A stretch of DNA of 64,000 nucleotides from an uncultured bacterium. Lineage in GTDB: Bacteria; Verrucomicrobiota; Verrucomicrobiia; Limisphaerales; UBA8199. Below the pieces are notes generated by a model. That model did no database searches. It was not told the origin of the DNA and saw only the letters and a list, made by a program, of their open reading frames with translations. Location of the stretch: contig CAVVMW010000010.1 in NCBI GenBank assembly GCA_963749495.1, positions 448,001 to 512,000 on the forward strand, given 5' to 3'. Both the position numbers and the translations under genes were made by a program. This document shows positions 41,000 to 52,026 of the stretch, in pieces. The first letter of the stretch is position 1. Every line of letters begins with the position of its first letter.

Positions 41000-41115
41000 G
41001 TAGCGCAGACTTCAAAGTCTGCTGTATCGCGGGTTTCCAACCCGCAGGCGCAGCGAATTCCTGCGCCCTGCCGACTGGAAGTCGGCGATACAGCAGGTTT
41101 GGAAACCTGCGCTAC
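41000..41115. repeat. GTAG-REP four-hairpin element, copy 3
   Basis: GTAGCGCAGACTTCAAAGTCTGCTGTATCGC ... GCGATACAGCAGGTTTGGAAACCTGCGCTAC. Confidence 0.9.
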
Positions 41116-41200
41116 GAACTCGTGCGCCCTGCCAAACGGGGGCAGGGTCAGGATGCGCCCGTTCCGGCCACCCGTGCCTGCTTCGGCTCTGCGAAACGCC

Positions 41201-41380
41201 TCAGCGTTTTTGTACCGGCACTGGAGCCACACGAGCCAGCAGCACGCACACCCTTTGGAACAGATGGTCCAAAGTGAACGGCTTTCCCAACTTCGCAAAC
41301 CGGCTCAGGTCGCAACGGACCGGCACCTCGAACTCTCGCAACATACGGTCGTCACCAATCACCAAAGTTTTCATGGTCAT
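41201..41380 (-). pseudogene. 59-aa internally deleted receiver-domain protein
   Basis: MTMKTLVIGDDRMLREF...LGKPFTLDHLFQRVCVLL: first and last elements of a REC fold only; below the ORF-track cutoff. Confidence 0.55.
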
Positions 41381-41390
41381 CGCCCGCTTT

Positions 41391-41541
41391 TAGCTAAGGA
41401 TGGGCCAACACCGCGCCGGTTTCTGCAACCTGTTGGTTCAAAGCCAGTTAGAGCTTACCGAATGGACTTTGGGACGGGAAAGCGGGGCATAAAGATCGTG
41501 CAATTCGCACGAACGCGGGTCAACGAACCGTGCGTTTCGCA
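41391..41541 (-). promoter_or_regulatory. Sigma-54 promoter plus paired activator boxes (module 1)
   Basis: Minus strand TTGGCCCATCCTTAGCT (GG-N10-GC); TGCAattCGCA at 41499 and TGCGtttCGCA at 41531. Confidence 0.75.
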
Positions 41542-41751
41542 CACTGGTTTGCTGAATGTATTCGGCGTGTTCGGGCCACCTGCGCGACGTTCGGGTCTCA
41601 ATCCCATCGCCGTCCCTGGGCACGTCCAGCTGCAGTCTGGTTTCGCCACTAGGCGTGGTGGTGAGTTCCGTGGTCGCGACTCGGTCTTGAACCTGGAGCC
41701 CTCGGGGCACACGCGCGTCGGTTTTGCCAGGTGCGACTGCCCTTCGTTTGG

Positions 41752-41864
41752 TCACGCGCATCCATGAGCCCGCGTGCACCTCGTAAATGGAGATCGGCGC
41801 GTCCAGCAGATTGCGCCGCGCGCGCACAGCGGATGGCTCGTGCGCTCCCATTGGTTGAAGTCAC
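41752..41864 (-). pseudogene. glgB: Two fused scraps of 1,4-alpha-glucan branching enzyme
   Basis: DFNQWERTSHPL joined at a GCGCGC run to RARRNLLDAPISIYEVHAGSWMRV. Confidence 0.75.
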
Positions 41865-41876
41865 GGATGCCCCCTT

Positions 41877-42563
41877 TTACGCAATGGATTTGGCGATGAG
41901 GTAGGCCGCGGCCGCCGCCAGGCTGCCGACCAGGGCCGTCTGCAACGCGCCCTTCATCTTGGGAACCCCGGTGAAGTGGCCCTTGACAAAGCCAAAGGCC
42001 GCCAGGGCCAGCAAGGTGATTGCGGCCGAGACGCCCAGCGCCCGCCCGGAATCATGCATCAGCATGTAGGGCGCAAGCGGCACCAACCCGCCAACGACGT
42101 ACAACGTCCCGATAGTGAGGGCGCTGCGAACGGCGCGTTTGGGGTTGGGCTCTTCCAAACCCAACTCGAAGCGCATCATGAAATCGCGCCACGCTGCGGG
42201 CTTTCGGACGAGCGCGGTGACGACGGGCGCGCTTTCCTCGGCGGTCACCCCGTACTGCTGGAAGATGTCCACGATTTCCTGCCTTTCGACATCCGCTTTC
42301 TCCACGATCTCTTGTTCTTCACGCCGTCGCTCATTCAAGAAGTGCTCGGCATCGCTCCTGGCCGCCAGGTAACCGCCCAGCCCCATCGCGATGGAGCCGG
42401 CCGCAATCTCCGCCAGCCCGGCGGTGACGACGATGTGGGTGGAGGTCAACGCGCCGGAGATGCCCGCGGCCAAGGCGAACGGCACCGTCAACCCATCCGC
42501 CATGCCAATCACCACGTCGCGGACGGCATCGCTCCCCGAGAAATGTTGTTCGATGTGCTGCAT
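41877..42563 (-). CDS. VIT1/CCC1 family iron/manganese transporter
   Basis: VRDVVIGMADGLTVPFALAAG, AEIAAGSIAMGLGGYL, FMMRFELGL. Confidence 0.93.
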   Translation of the reverse strand: MQHIEQHFSGSDAVRDVVIGMADGLTVPFALAAGISGALTSTHIVVTAGLAEIAAGSIAMGLGGYLAARSDAEHFLNERRREEQEIVEKADVERQEIVDIFQQYGVTAEESAPVVTALVRKPAAWRDFMMRFELGLEEPNPKRAVRSALTIGTLYVVGGLVPLAPYMLMHDSGRALGVSAAITLLALAAFGFVKGHFTGVPKMKGALQTALVGSLAAAAAYLIAKSIA

Positions 42564-42627
42564 AGATCATGAATCATTTTGCCGAGAACCGCGGCCCGCA
42601 GGGCGTGGCTGAGGCACATGCCGCGCC

Positions 42628-42998
42628 TCAATGGCTGATGACATCCAGGACGCCGCTCCGCAGCGCGAACCACGCAAACTGCAGAAACTCGTCGTCCGGT
42701 CTTCTCGTGTAGTTGACCTCCCCCTCCTTCATCGAGCCCGATGCGTCTGGAGCGTTGGAATTCCGGATTTTCAGCTCGTTCGCGAAGAACGAAGCGACGC
42801 GATTGCCCAATCCTTTGGCGCTCCCGGTTTGTTTGTTAAGCAGAGCGATATCCAAATTCTTGTAGATCCCGTGCACGTGGCCGCGGGCCTGGCCGGCGGT
42901 TACATCGATTTCGAACGCTGCCGCTTGCGCCCTGCCGGACTTGATCCGGGTGTGTTCCGCAATGTCGAGAAACGCATCCAGGCGGGTCGGCCATGTCA
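42628..42998 (-). pseudogene. C-terminal remnant of a larger hypothetical protein
   Basis: Protein-like tail IKSG...YKNLDIALL...SFFAN..KIRNSN...FLQFAWFALRSG without a credible N-terminus. Confidence 0.45.
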
Positions 42999-44597
42999 TC
43001 GCGCACCGGTTGGCTGCGGTCGAATTCGGTGGGCGTAGTTGGAGGCGTGCATGCGGCCGGCGACGCAGTCGCGGGCGTAGTTGATGAGATGGTAGGCGAC
43101 CATGGCGATCTGGAAGATGTTCTCGATGCGACCCTGGCGCAATTGGGTCCAGAACATGGACCAAAACTCGGCGCGGTAATCGGCCTGGAGGCCGGCGCGC
43201 CAGATCAGCCGCGTGAGGATTGAGACTGCGCGGCGGAGGTTGCGCGGCGTGGCTTGGCGGAGTGGGTGCCTGGGGCGACGACGGTGGGGGTAGGTTTTTT
43301 CGGCCTGTGTGGCGTAACGGTGATAAAGGGCCTTGGGCTCGTAGGCCTCGGCGATCACCCGCCGCCAGTTGGCCACCACTTGCTCGTAGGGCTGAAGGAA
43401 TTGGATGTTGGAGTCGCGGTGTTCGTCGCAAACGATCCGCCCTGCCTCCTGCAGGCGCCCGTAAAGCGGGGTCTTGGGCAGCGCGTAGAGGATGTTGACG
43501 GTTTGGATGGGCGCCTGGGAGGCGTGGACGAAGTCGGCTATGGCCAGTGGGGTTTGCTCAGTGTCGGTGTCGAACCCCATGATGAGGCCCGCGGCCACCT
43601 CGATCCCGTAGCCGTTGAGCGTGTCGATGACATCAAGGATCGGCTTTTGGAGGTTGACGGTTTTCTTGATGGCGCGCAGGGCGCCGGATTCGGGCGTTTC
43701 GACGCCGCAAAACACGTTGGTGAAGAAGGCGTCCCTCATCTGCGCCAGGATATCCGGGTACTCCGCCAGGCGCAGCGTCGCCTCACAAGACAGGCGCACC
43801 TGGCCGTCCCATTTATCCTGCCAGGCCACCAGGTGTTCGAGCAATTCGCGCGTGGCCTGGGGGTCGCCGATGAAATTGTCGTCCACAAAATAAATCGAGG
43901 GCGTGCCGGCAGCGGCCAGGAAATCCAGTTCGCGGATGATTTGCGCCGGGTTCTTATGGCGGGGGCGGCGCCCGTAGAGGGCGGGGATGTCGCAGTAGTC
44001 GCAGGCATGGGGGCAACCACTGGAGAACTGCACCGTGCACAGGAGGTAGTTGCGGACGTTGATCAGGTGATAGGCGGGCATCGGCAACTCGGTCATGGGC
44101 AGGCGTTCAACGGTGCGGAGGATGATCTGCGGCGTGAAGCGCTCGGCGGCGCGGTCGATGAGTTCGAACAGCCGGCGTGTGGCGTCACCCACTTCCCCGC
44201 AGTGGATGATGTCGGCCTCGGGATACCATTCCGGCGCGGAGGAGGCCGACGGGCCACCCAGCACGACAGGTCTGCCCGCCCGGTGCGCGCGGGCGATGAC
44301 GTCCTGGATTCGTTCCCGCTGGATGTGCATGCCGGTGGTGAACACAACGTCGGCCCAGCGCAGGTCGTCCTCCGTGGCAGGCCGGATGTTCTCGTCGATG
44401 AACCTGATTTCCCAGCGGGCTGGCGCCAGGGCGGCGACGAGCAGGATGCCCTGCGGAGGCATGAAGGCCTTGACCGAGCCCATTAGTGGGAAAGCGTAGT
44501 TGAACGTGGCAAACGACCAGGCGTACGCCGGGAAGAGGCACAGGATCCGGCGCGCATGCCGGGGCGTGAACTGAAAAGTGGAATCCGGCGGCGTCAT
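42996..44597 (-). CDS. hpnP: B12-dependent radical SAM methyltransferase, HpnP (hopanoid C-2 methylase)-like
   Basis: RRILCLFPAY..SF.TF, AFMPPQG, GMHIQR, CPHACDYCDIPALYGR, YFVDDNFIG, CEATL, ALPKTPL, HLINYAR..HASNY; these are the motifs I recall from alphaproteobacterial/cyanobacterial HpnP. Confidence 0.78.
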   Translation of the reverse strand: MTPPDSTFQFTPRHARRILCLFPAYAWSFATFNYAFPLMGSVKAFMPPQGILLVAALAPARWEIRFIDENIRPATEDDLRWADVVFTTGMHIQRERIQDVIARAHRAGRPVVLGGPSASSAPEWYPEADIIHCGEVGDATRRLFELIDRAAERFTPQIILRTVERLPMTELPMPAYHLINVRNYLLCTVQFSSGCPHACDYCDIPALYGRRPRHKNPAQIIRELDFLAAAGTPSIYFVDDNFIGDPQATRELLEHLVAWQDKWDGQVRLSCEATLRLAEYPDILAQMRDAFFTNVFCGVETPESGALRAIKKTVNLQKPILDVIDTLNGYGIEVAAGLIMGFDTDTEQTPLAIADFVHASQAPIQTVNILYALPKTPLYGRLQEAGRIVCDEHRDSNIQFLQPYEQVVANWRRVIAEAYEPKALYHRYATQAEKTYPHRRRPRHPLRQATPRNLRRAVSILTRLIWRAGLQADYRAEFWSMFWTQLRQGRIENIFQIAMVAYHLINYARDCVAGRMHASNYAHRIRPQPTGAR

Positions 44598-44911
44598 TTC
44601 ACTTTTGGGACCCCAGGTGGGCGGGAAAACTCCAGCAACCTTGCCGGTCTTTTTGCTCCAGCAGGGCTTGCACCGCCTTCTTGAGAACCGGTTTTAGCTT
44701 CTGCTTCATTAAACACATCGAATGTGATGAGTTTTCATGGCGTCATAATAGTACCGGGAGCCCGTCCGGGCGCCACGGGGGGATTTCCCCCATCTGGAAT
44801 TGCGGCTTCCACGAGCGATCCCCGTGCGTCGTGCATTTTGCAGACGCTTTTATGATGAATGCCTGAGGATTCCCTTTACGTCTCTTTGCACGGAAGGATG
44901 GTATGTCACCC

Positions 44912-45127
44912 TCATCGTCCGCGTTCTGCTTGAACCCGGCGGACGAACTCCTCGTGCGACAATGCCTCGACCGCGCCGCTCTGCAACTCGCCTTCGCGCG
45001 CGGCCACTTCCTCATCGGGAACATCCGTGTCCGGTGGCGGGAGCGTGTCCAGAAGCTTGCAGACCAAGTCAACCCGCTGGCCTTGCGGCAGAGCGGCGGC
45101 CTCCTTCTCGATTTCTTCTAACTTCAT
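44912..45127 (-). CDS. Putative addiction-module (unstable antitoxin) protein, no toxin partner
   Basis: IEKEAAALP..QRVDLV.KLLDTL...EEVAAR..ELQSG.V...SHEE. Confidence 0.75.
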   Translation of the reverse strand: MKLEEIEKEAAALPQGQRVDLVCKLLDTLPPPDTDVPDEEVAAREGELQSGAVEALSHEEFVRRVQAERGR

Positions 45128-45283
45128 GCTCTCAGCGTATCAAAAGGAGCCACATTTCGCAATGCGAAAACATCCCCCGCGCAGCGTCAATAAACCGGCG
45201 GCGCGCCAAGATCGCAAGGACCAGATTCTTCCTTCCCAGATCTCTGGTTTCTGATACAAATCTCCCCAGCGTAACGATGATTT

Positions 45284-45658
45284 ATGGCTGACCGGAATCC
45301 AAGTCCGCCTGCGCCGGCTCCGCCAGCGGAGCCGCCCTGGGCCGTGACTCCGGAGAAACTGCGCGAAGCCGTCCGCCGTCTCGTGGACGCCGCCCACCCG
45401 CGCCGCATCATCCTCTTCGGCTCGCGCGCCCGCGGCGACGCGGATGATGACAGCGACCTGGACCTCATGCTCCTCCAGGACGAAGTCAAAGACCCGGCGG
45501 CCGAATCCGTCCGGCTGCGGCGCGTGCTCAAGGGCCTCATCATGGGGGTGGACCTGCTCCCCGTCAGCCGCGCCGAGTTCGATTACTGGCGCGACACGCC
45601 GGGCAACGTGTTCTTCGAAGCCGCCACCGAGGGCAAAGTGCTCTATGAAGCACCTTGA
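45284..45658 (+). CDS. Minimal nucleotidyltransferase (MNT antitoxin)
   Basis: IILFGSRARGDADDDSDLDL; EGKVLYE. Confidence 0.9.
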   Translation: MADRNPSPPAPAPPAEPPWAVTPEKLREAVRRLVDAAHPRRIILFGSRARGDADDDSDLDLMLLQDEVKDPAAESVRLRRVLKGLIMGVDLLPVSRAEFDYWRDTPGNVFFEAATEGKVLYEAP

Positions 45659-46040
45659 GCAAGCCCGCAAGTTCCTCGCCAAGGCCGCCGAAGACGAGGC
45701 CCTGTTGGATGCCGTCCTGGCCAAACCGGAAGTGTCCGACTCCATCTACGGCTTTCACCCCCAACAAGCTGCCGAGAAGCTTCTGAAAGCGCTGCTTTCG
45801 CTCCACGCCGTCCGCTTCCCCAAGACTCACGACTTGCACGAACTTCTGAATCTGCTGGAGAACGCCGGAGAAACGCTCCCGCCCGAACTAACTCGGGTGG
45901 ACGAATTGACGCCCTTCGCCGTCGAATGGCGCTACGATTACTTCACCGCGCCGGCCTCCTTCGACCGTGTGAAAGCCCGTGACCTCGTGGCCAAGGTCCG
46001 CGCCTTTGTCGAGCCACAGGTCAAGCCTGCCCACTCGTGA
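45645..46040 (+). CDS. HEPN domain protein (MNT-HEPN pair)
   Basis: Start overlaps the MNT gene; GFHPQQAAEKLLKALL, PKTHDL, LTPFAVEWRY. Confidence 0.88.
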   Translation: MKHLEQARKFLAKAAEDEALLDAVLAKPEVSDSIYGFHPQQAAEKLLKALLSLHAVRFPKTHDLHELLNLLENAGETLPPELTRVDELTPFAVEWRYDYFTAPASFDRVKARDLVAKVRAFVEPQVKPAHS

Positions 46041-46100
46041 CGCTCACTACGTCGGCTATCCTGGATTTCCCCGGAGAAAGGCTGGACGCGCTCGAGTCTT

Positions 46101-46288
46101 GTCCCGGAGGGACACCCGACAATAGCCCGGCGTTTCAACGCCGGGGAGCCCAGAAAATGGACTCTCGTCCCGAAGGGACGACTGAGAAGACTCCCTGCTT
46201 TCAGCCGTCCCTTCGGGACGGACCTACTCTATCGGTTCGCTCACCCGGCGTTGAAACGCCGGGCTATTCTCCCAAGCCCCTTCGGGGC
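46101..46288. repeat. Multi-hairpin REPIN-like element (GTCCCGxAGGGAC family)
   Basis: Perfect 25-bp inverted repeat AATAGCCCGGCGTTTCAACGCCGGG / CCCGGCGTTGAAACGCCGGGCTATT; inner CGTCCCGAAGGGACG / CGTCCCTTCGGGACG. Confidence 0.9.
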
Positions 46289-46363
46289 AAAGAGGTGTCG
46301 TGACCTGACCGACGGTTTTAACCGCACCCTGCGTTGGGTTTCAAGTTGATTTAGCTTGCGATC

Positions 46364-46588
46364 ATGAACACGGTTCTCGGTGCAAAGGAGCGGTTCATCG
46401 TGGATGCTTCCGGGTAGCGCGCCGGTGTGGCGCTTCGCTTGGCCACCTGCGAACGGCTGCGCAAAGCGGCCAAGGACGATTCCGGCCTTCGCGCCTGCCG
46501 GGCCGCAAAAACGCGCGTGGCGGGTGAGATGGCGCGTGGCAAATTTGCGCCGCTCGATTCCTACCGCGCCAAACGCCGGCGTTTGGCG
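46364..46588 (+). pseudogene. RelB-like antitoxin remnant with in-frame TAG
   Basis: MNTVLGAKERFIVDASG*RAGVALRLATCERLR...GEMARGKFAPLDSYRAKRRR. Confidence 0.5.
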
Positions 46589-46913
46589 TCGTTCTCGGGC
46601 AGAACTTCGATGACCTCCCCTTTGACTTCCACCCGGGTACACTGGCTCAGCACTTCATCCACCGCGCCCTTGCAGATCAGCGTGTTCAACCCGGTTCCGC
46701 CGCGCTCAGGCCGCCCAGTTGCGACCCAAGCTGCTTCAGGACGGTATCGGCATCGGCACGCGCTTTTTCCAATAGTTCAACGGAATAATGCGCCCCGTTT
46801 CTGCCGGGTACGGGCACCGGAGCGATGGTGGGCGCCTTTGCCGTTGCCGGCTTCGAGGGCGCCGGCCCGGCTTCGGATTTATTTGGGGTCGTTGGCAAAG
46901 TGAACATCCTCAC
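46567..46913 (-). pseudogene. mgtA: Mg2+-transporting P-type ATPase remnants (N-terminus fused to an internal N-domain piece)
   Basis: LLEKARADADTVLKQLGSQLGGLSAAE then NTLICKGAVDEVLSQCTRVEVKGEVIEV. Confidence 0.65.
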
Positions 46914-47033
46914 TGCCGCCTGCCCAGTTTACACTGGTTTGCCTGCTTTGGGAGCGGCCCACTTCCGGCAGGGGCATCGATTTCAAATCGTCCTCCGCAT
47001 CCGGGGTGGGCGCCTTTGCTTTCTCCTTCTTGC

Positions 47034-49420
47034 TTAACGATAGCGCCAGGACTGCGGCTTCCACTTCCAATTCCGAATCTCCGGCAGGTCTTCGCCGTGT
47101 CTGTCGATGTATTGCTTGTGCTCGATCAGCTTGTCCTTGAGTTGTTGCTTGAGGTAGATGCCCTTGGCGCCGGTCCGCGGCAGGCGGTCGATGGTGTCCA
47201 TCACAAGATGGAAGCGGTCCAGATCGTTGAGCACCGTCATGTCGAAGGGCGTGGTGATGGTGCCCTCTTCCTTGTAGCCGCGGACGTGGATGTTGTCGTG
47301 GTTGGTGCGGCGGTAGGTCAGCCGGTGGATGAGCCACGGGTAGGCATGGAAGGCGAAGATGACCGGCTTGTCCCTGGTGAAGAGTTCATCGAAATCCAGG
47401 TCGCTCAACCCGTGCGGGTGCTCGGTTTGCGGCTGCAGCCTCATGAGGTCGACAACGTTGACCACCCGGATTTTCAGATCGGGCAGATGCTCGCGCAGGA
47501 TGGAGACGGCGGCGAGGGTCTCCAGCGTGGGCACGTCGCCACAGCAGGCCATGACCACGTCGGGCGCGGCGTCCTGGTCGTTGCTGGCCCACTGCCAGAT
47601 GCCGATGCCCTCGGTGCAGTGCTTGACGGCGGCGTCCATCGAAAGCCACTGCGGCGCCGGGTGTTTGCCCGCAACGACAACGTTGACGTACTGGCGGCTG
47701 CGCAGGCAGTGGTCCATCACCGACAACAGGCAGTTTGCATCGGGCGGAAGGTAAACCCGCACGACTTCGGCCTTCTTATTCACAACGTGGTCGATGAAAC
47801 CGGGGTCCTGGTGGGTGAAGCCGTTGTGATCCTGGCGCCAGACATGCGAGGCCAGCAGGTAGTTTAACGAGGCTATCTTCCGCCGCCACGGCAGGTGGGA
47901 CGTGACCTTCAGCCACTTGGCGTGCTGGTTGAACATCGAATCGACGATGTGGATGAACGCCTCGTAGCAATTGAAAAGCCCATGCCGGCCCGTGAGCAGG
48001 TAGCCCTCCAGCCAGCCCTCGCATTGGTGCTCGCTGAGCATTTCCACCACCCGCCCGGTGGGCGCCAGAAACTCGTCATTGGGCACGGTTGCGGCGTCCC
48101 ATTGGCGTTGGGTCACTTCGAAGATGGCCTCCAGGCCGTTGGAGAGCGTCTCGTCCGGGCCAAAGACCCGGAAATTCCGCTGCTCGCCGTTCAGCTTGGC
48201 CACATCCCGCAGGAAACGCCCGAGCACATGCGTGTCGCCGATGCCGCGCACGCCCGGTAAGGGCACCTCGACCGCATAGTCGCGGAAATCCGGCATCCGC
48301 AGGTCGCGGAGCAAAACGCCGCCGTTGGCGTGGGGATTCGCGCCCATGCGTCGTTCACCCTTGGGCGCAAGTTCGGCCAGTTCCGGTTTCAGGCGGCCCT
48401 GCTCATCGAAGAGTTCCCCGGGCCGGTAGCTCCTCAGCCAGTCTTCCAACAGCTTGAGGTGTTCGGGATGGGTGGCCGGGTCGGAGAGCGGCACCTGGTG
48501 CGAACGAAAAGTGCCTTCCACCTGCAAACCATCAACCATCTTCGGCCCCGTCCAGCCCTTGGGTGAATTAAGGACGATCATCGGCCAGCGTGGCCGCGCG
48601 AAGTTACCGTGGACGCGGGCGTCCTGCTGGATATTTTTGATCTGCTCGACCGCCGTGTCGAGCGCCGCGGCCATGGCCTCGTGCATCGGCCCGGGCTCGT
48701 GGCCCTCGACGAAGCAGGGCGTCCACCCGTACCCCCGGAGCAACTGCTCCAATTCCTCGCGGGTGATGCGGGCGAGGAGGGTCGGGTTGGAAATCTTGTA
48801 GCCGTTGAGGTGCAGGATCGGCAGCACCGCGCCGTCGGTGGCCGGATTGAGAAACTTGTTGGAATGCCACGCCGTAGCCAGCGGCCCGGTTTCCGCCTCG
48901 CCATCGCCGACGACGCAGGCGACGATGAGATCGGGATTGTCGAACACCGCCCCGAAGGAATGGCTGAGCGAATAGCCCAGCTCGCCGCCCTCGTGGATCG
49001 AGCCGGGCACTCCGGCGAGGCGTGGCTGGGGATTCCTCCGGGAAAGGAAAATTGAATAAAGAGCTTCCGCAGCCCGGCATCATCCTGGCTGATTTCGGGA
49101 TAGATCTCGCTGTACGTGCCCTCGAGGTAAGTGTTGCCCACGACGGCCGGGCCGCCGTGCCCGGGGCCGGAGACGTAGATCATGTCCAGGTCGTATTTCT
49201 TGATGACCCGGTTCAGATGCACGTAAATGAAATTCTGCCCGGGGGTCGTGCCCCAGTGTCCCAGCAGCATGTGTTTCACATCCGCGAGCGTCAGCGGCCG
49301 CTTCAGGAGCGGATTGTCATAAAGATAAATCTGGCCGACCGACAGGTAGTTGGCGGCGCGCCAGTAGGCATCCATTTTGCGCAGCAGTTCCGGCGCGAGC
49401 GTCTCTATTTTTGTTTTCAT
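47034..49420 (-). CDS. xfp: Xylulose-5-phosphate/fructose-6-phosphate phosphoketolase; frameshift in C-run 49005-49007
   Basis: [78 protein letters not shown]. Confidence 0.95.
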
Positions 49421-49978
49421 AAGTGAAATCCAATCGGCACCACGAGCGTGCCCAGTCGTCGTATTTGGGTCAGGAGCAGGTTCTCCGTAATATCCACCAG
49501 ACAATGAATGATCGCCAGTCCTTTCCTGATCGAGTTCGTCGCCGATCACTTGGTCTTCGAAAGCAACAGCACGAACACTTCGTGGCGGAGTTTCTCCATG
49601 TCCTCGCCCATGCCCGCCAGCGCACGGGCGCGCTCGGGTTGAGACCCGTTTTCGCCGGCGACTTTGGCCAGGTGCCGGGCATAACTCAGGGCCTCGGTCT
49701 GGGTTAACATAAACGTGCTGACTGGCAGCGGCACGATGAGAACAGAATCGAAATCGCCATAAGGATCGGCCAGGCGGACAGTCGGAAAGGACCTCACGGT
49801 TTTGGCTGGGCACCTGGATTGAGCACGACACAATACACTTGGAGAAGGCCTCATCGCATTGCCAGGCAAGGGGAAATCGCAACATAAATCTGCCTTTCCT
49901 GACTACACTCGACAAACTGTTTGTGATGGGGCATCACAACGTCAATGTTCTTGTTGTCCTAAGTTCTTCTTTCTCCTC

Positions 49979-50127
49979 TAGCTAATGGAGGGCCAACCTG
50001 GCGCCCGGCGCTCTAACCGATTGAAGCCAAGCCAGTTAAGCCTTTTGACATCCCTTTTGGTGACCGCTAATGGATGAAGAATCAATGCAACTTGCACGAG
50101 TGCTCCCGATGCATCGTGCACTCTGCA
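49979..50127 (-). promoter_or_regulatory. Sigma-54 promoter plus paired activator boxes (module 2, facing xfp)
   Basis: TTGGCCCTCCATTAGCT; TGCAactTGCA at 50086 and TGCActcTGCA at 50117. Confidence 0.8.
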
Positions 50128-50337
50128 AACGCGCCCAGCACGCGCGCAAACCGGAGTTCGCCTTCCCCAGCGGTTCGGGTGGTTAGGCGGTGGAAATAAA
50201 TAAAGGTGGCAAGATGCCGCCGGGATTTTGGCGCCCAGCGAGGCGTGAACGAGGCGCATATCCAGTGATCTGCAACGAGTGAACAACGAAGCTGGGCGGC
50301 AAAAGAACAAGGCAGGTTGCTACCTTTTTTAGGGGAC

Positions 50338-52005
<1,668 letters not shown>

Positions 52006-52026
<21 letters not shown>

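Noticed and set aside
41499..41550. GTGCGAAACGCAC hairpin as a group II intron domain V
   Set aside because: Lacks the AGC/CGC triad and bulge geometry; better explained as the paired activator boxes of promoter module 1.
49420..49710. [11 protein letters not shown]...[18 protein letters not shown] with in-frame TGA as selenocysteine readthrough
   Set aside because: No Cys/Sec-type context or convincing SECIS hairpin; more likely a decayed fragment of unknown identity.
48578..49915. 445-aa ORF as a separate gene
   Set aside because: Only 49420 to ~49006 is real (xfp N-terminus); the rest is run-on before the start and after the frameshift.
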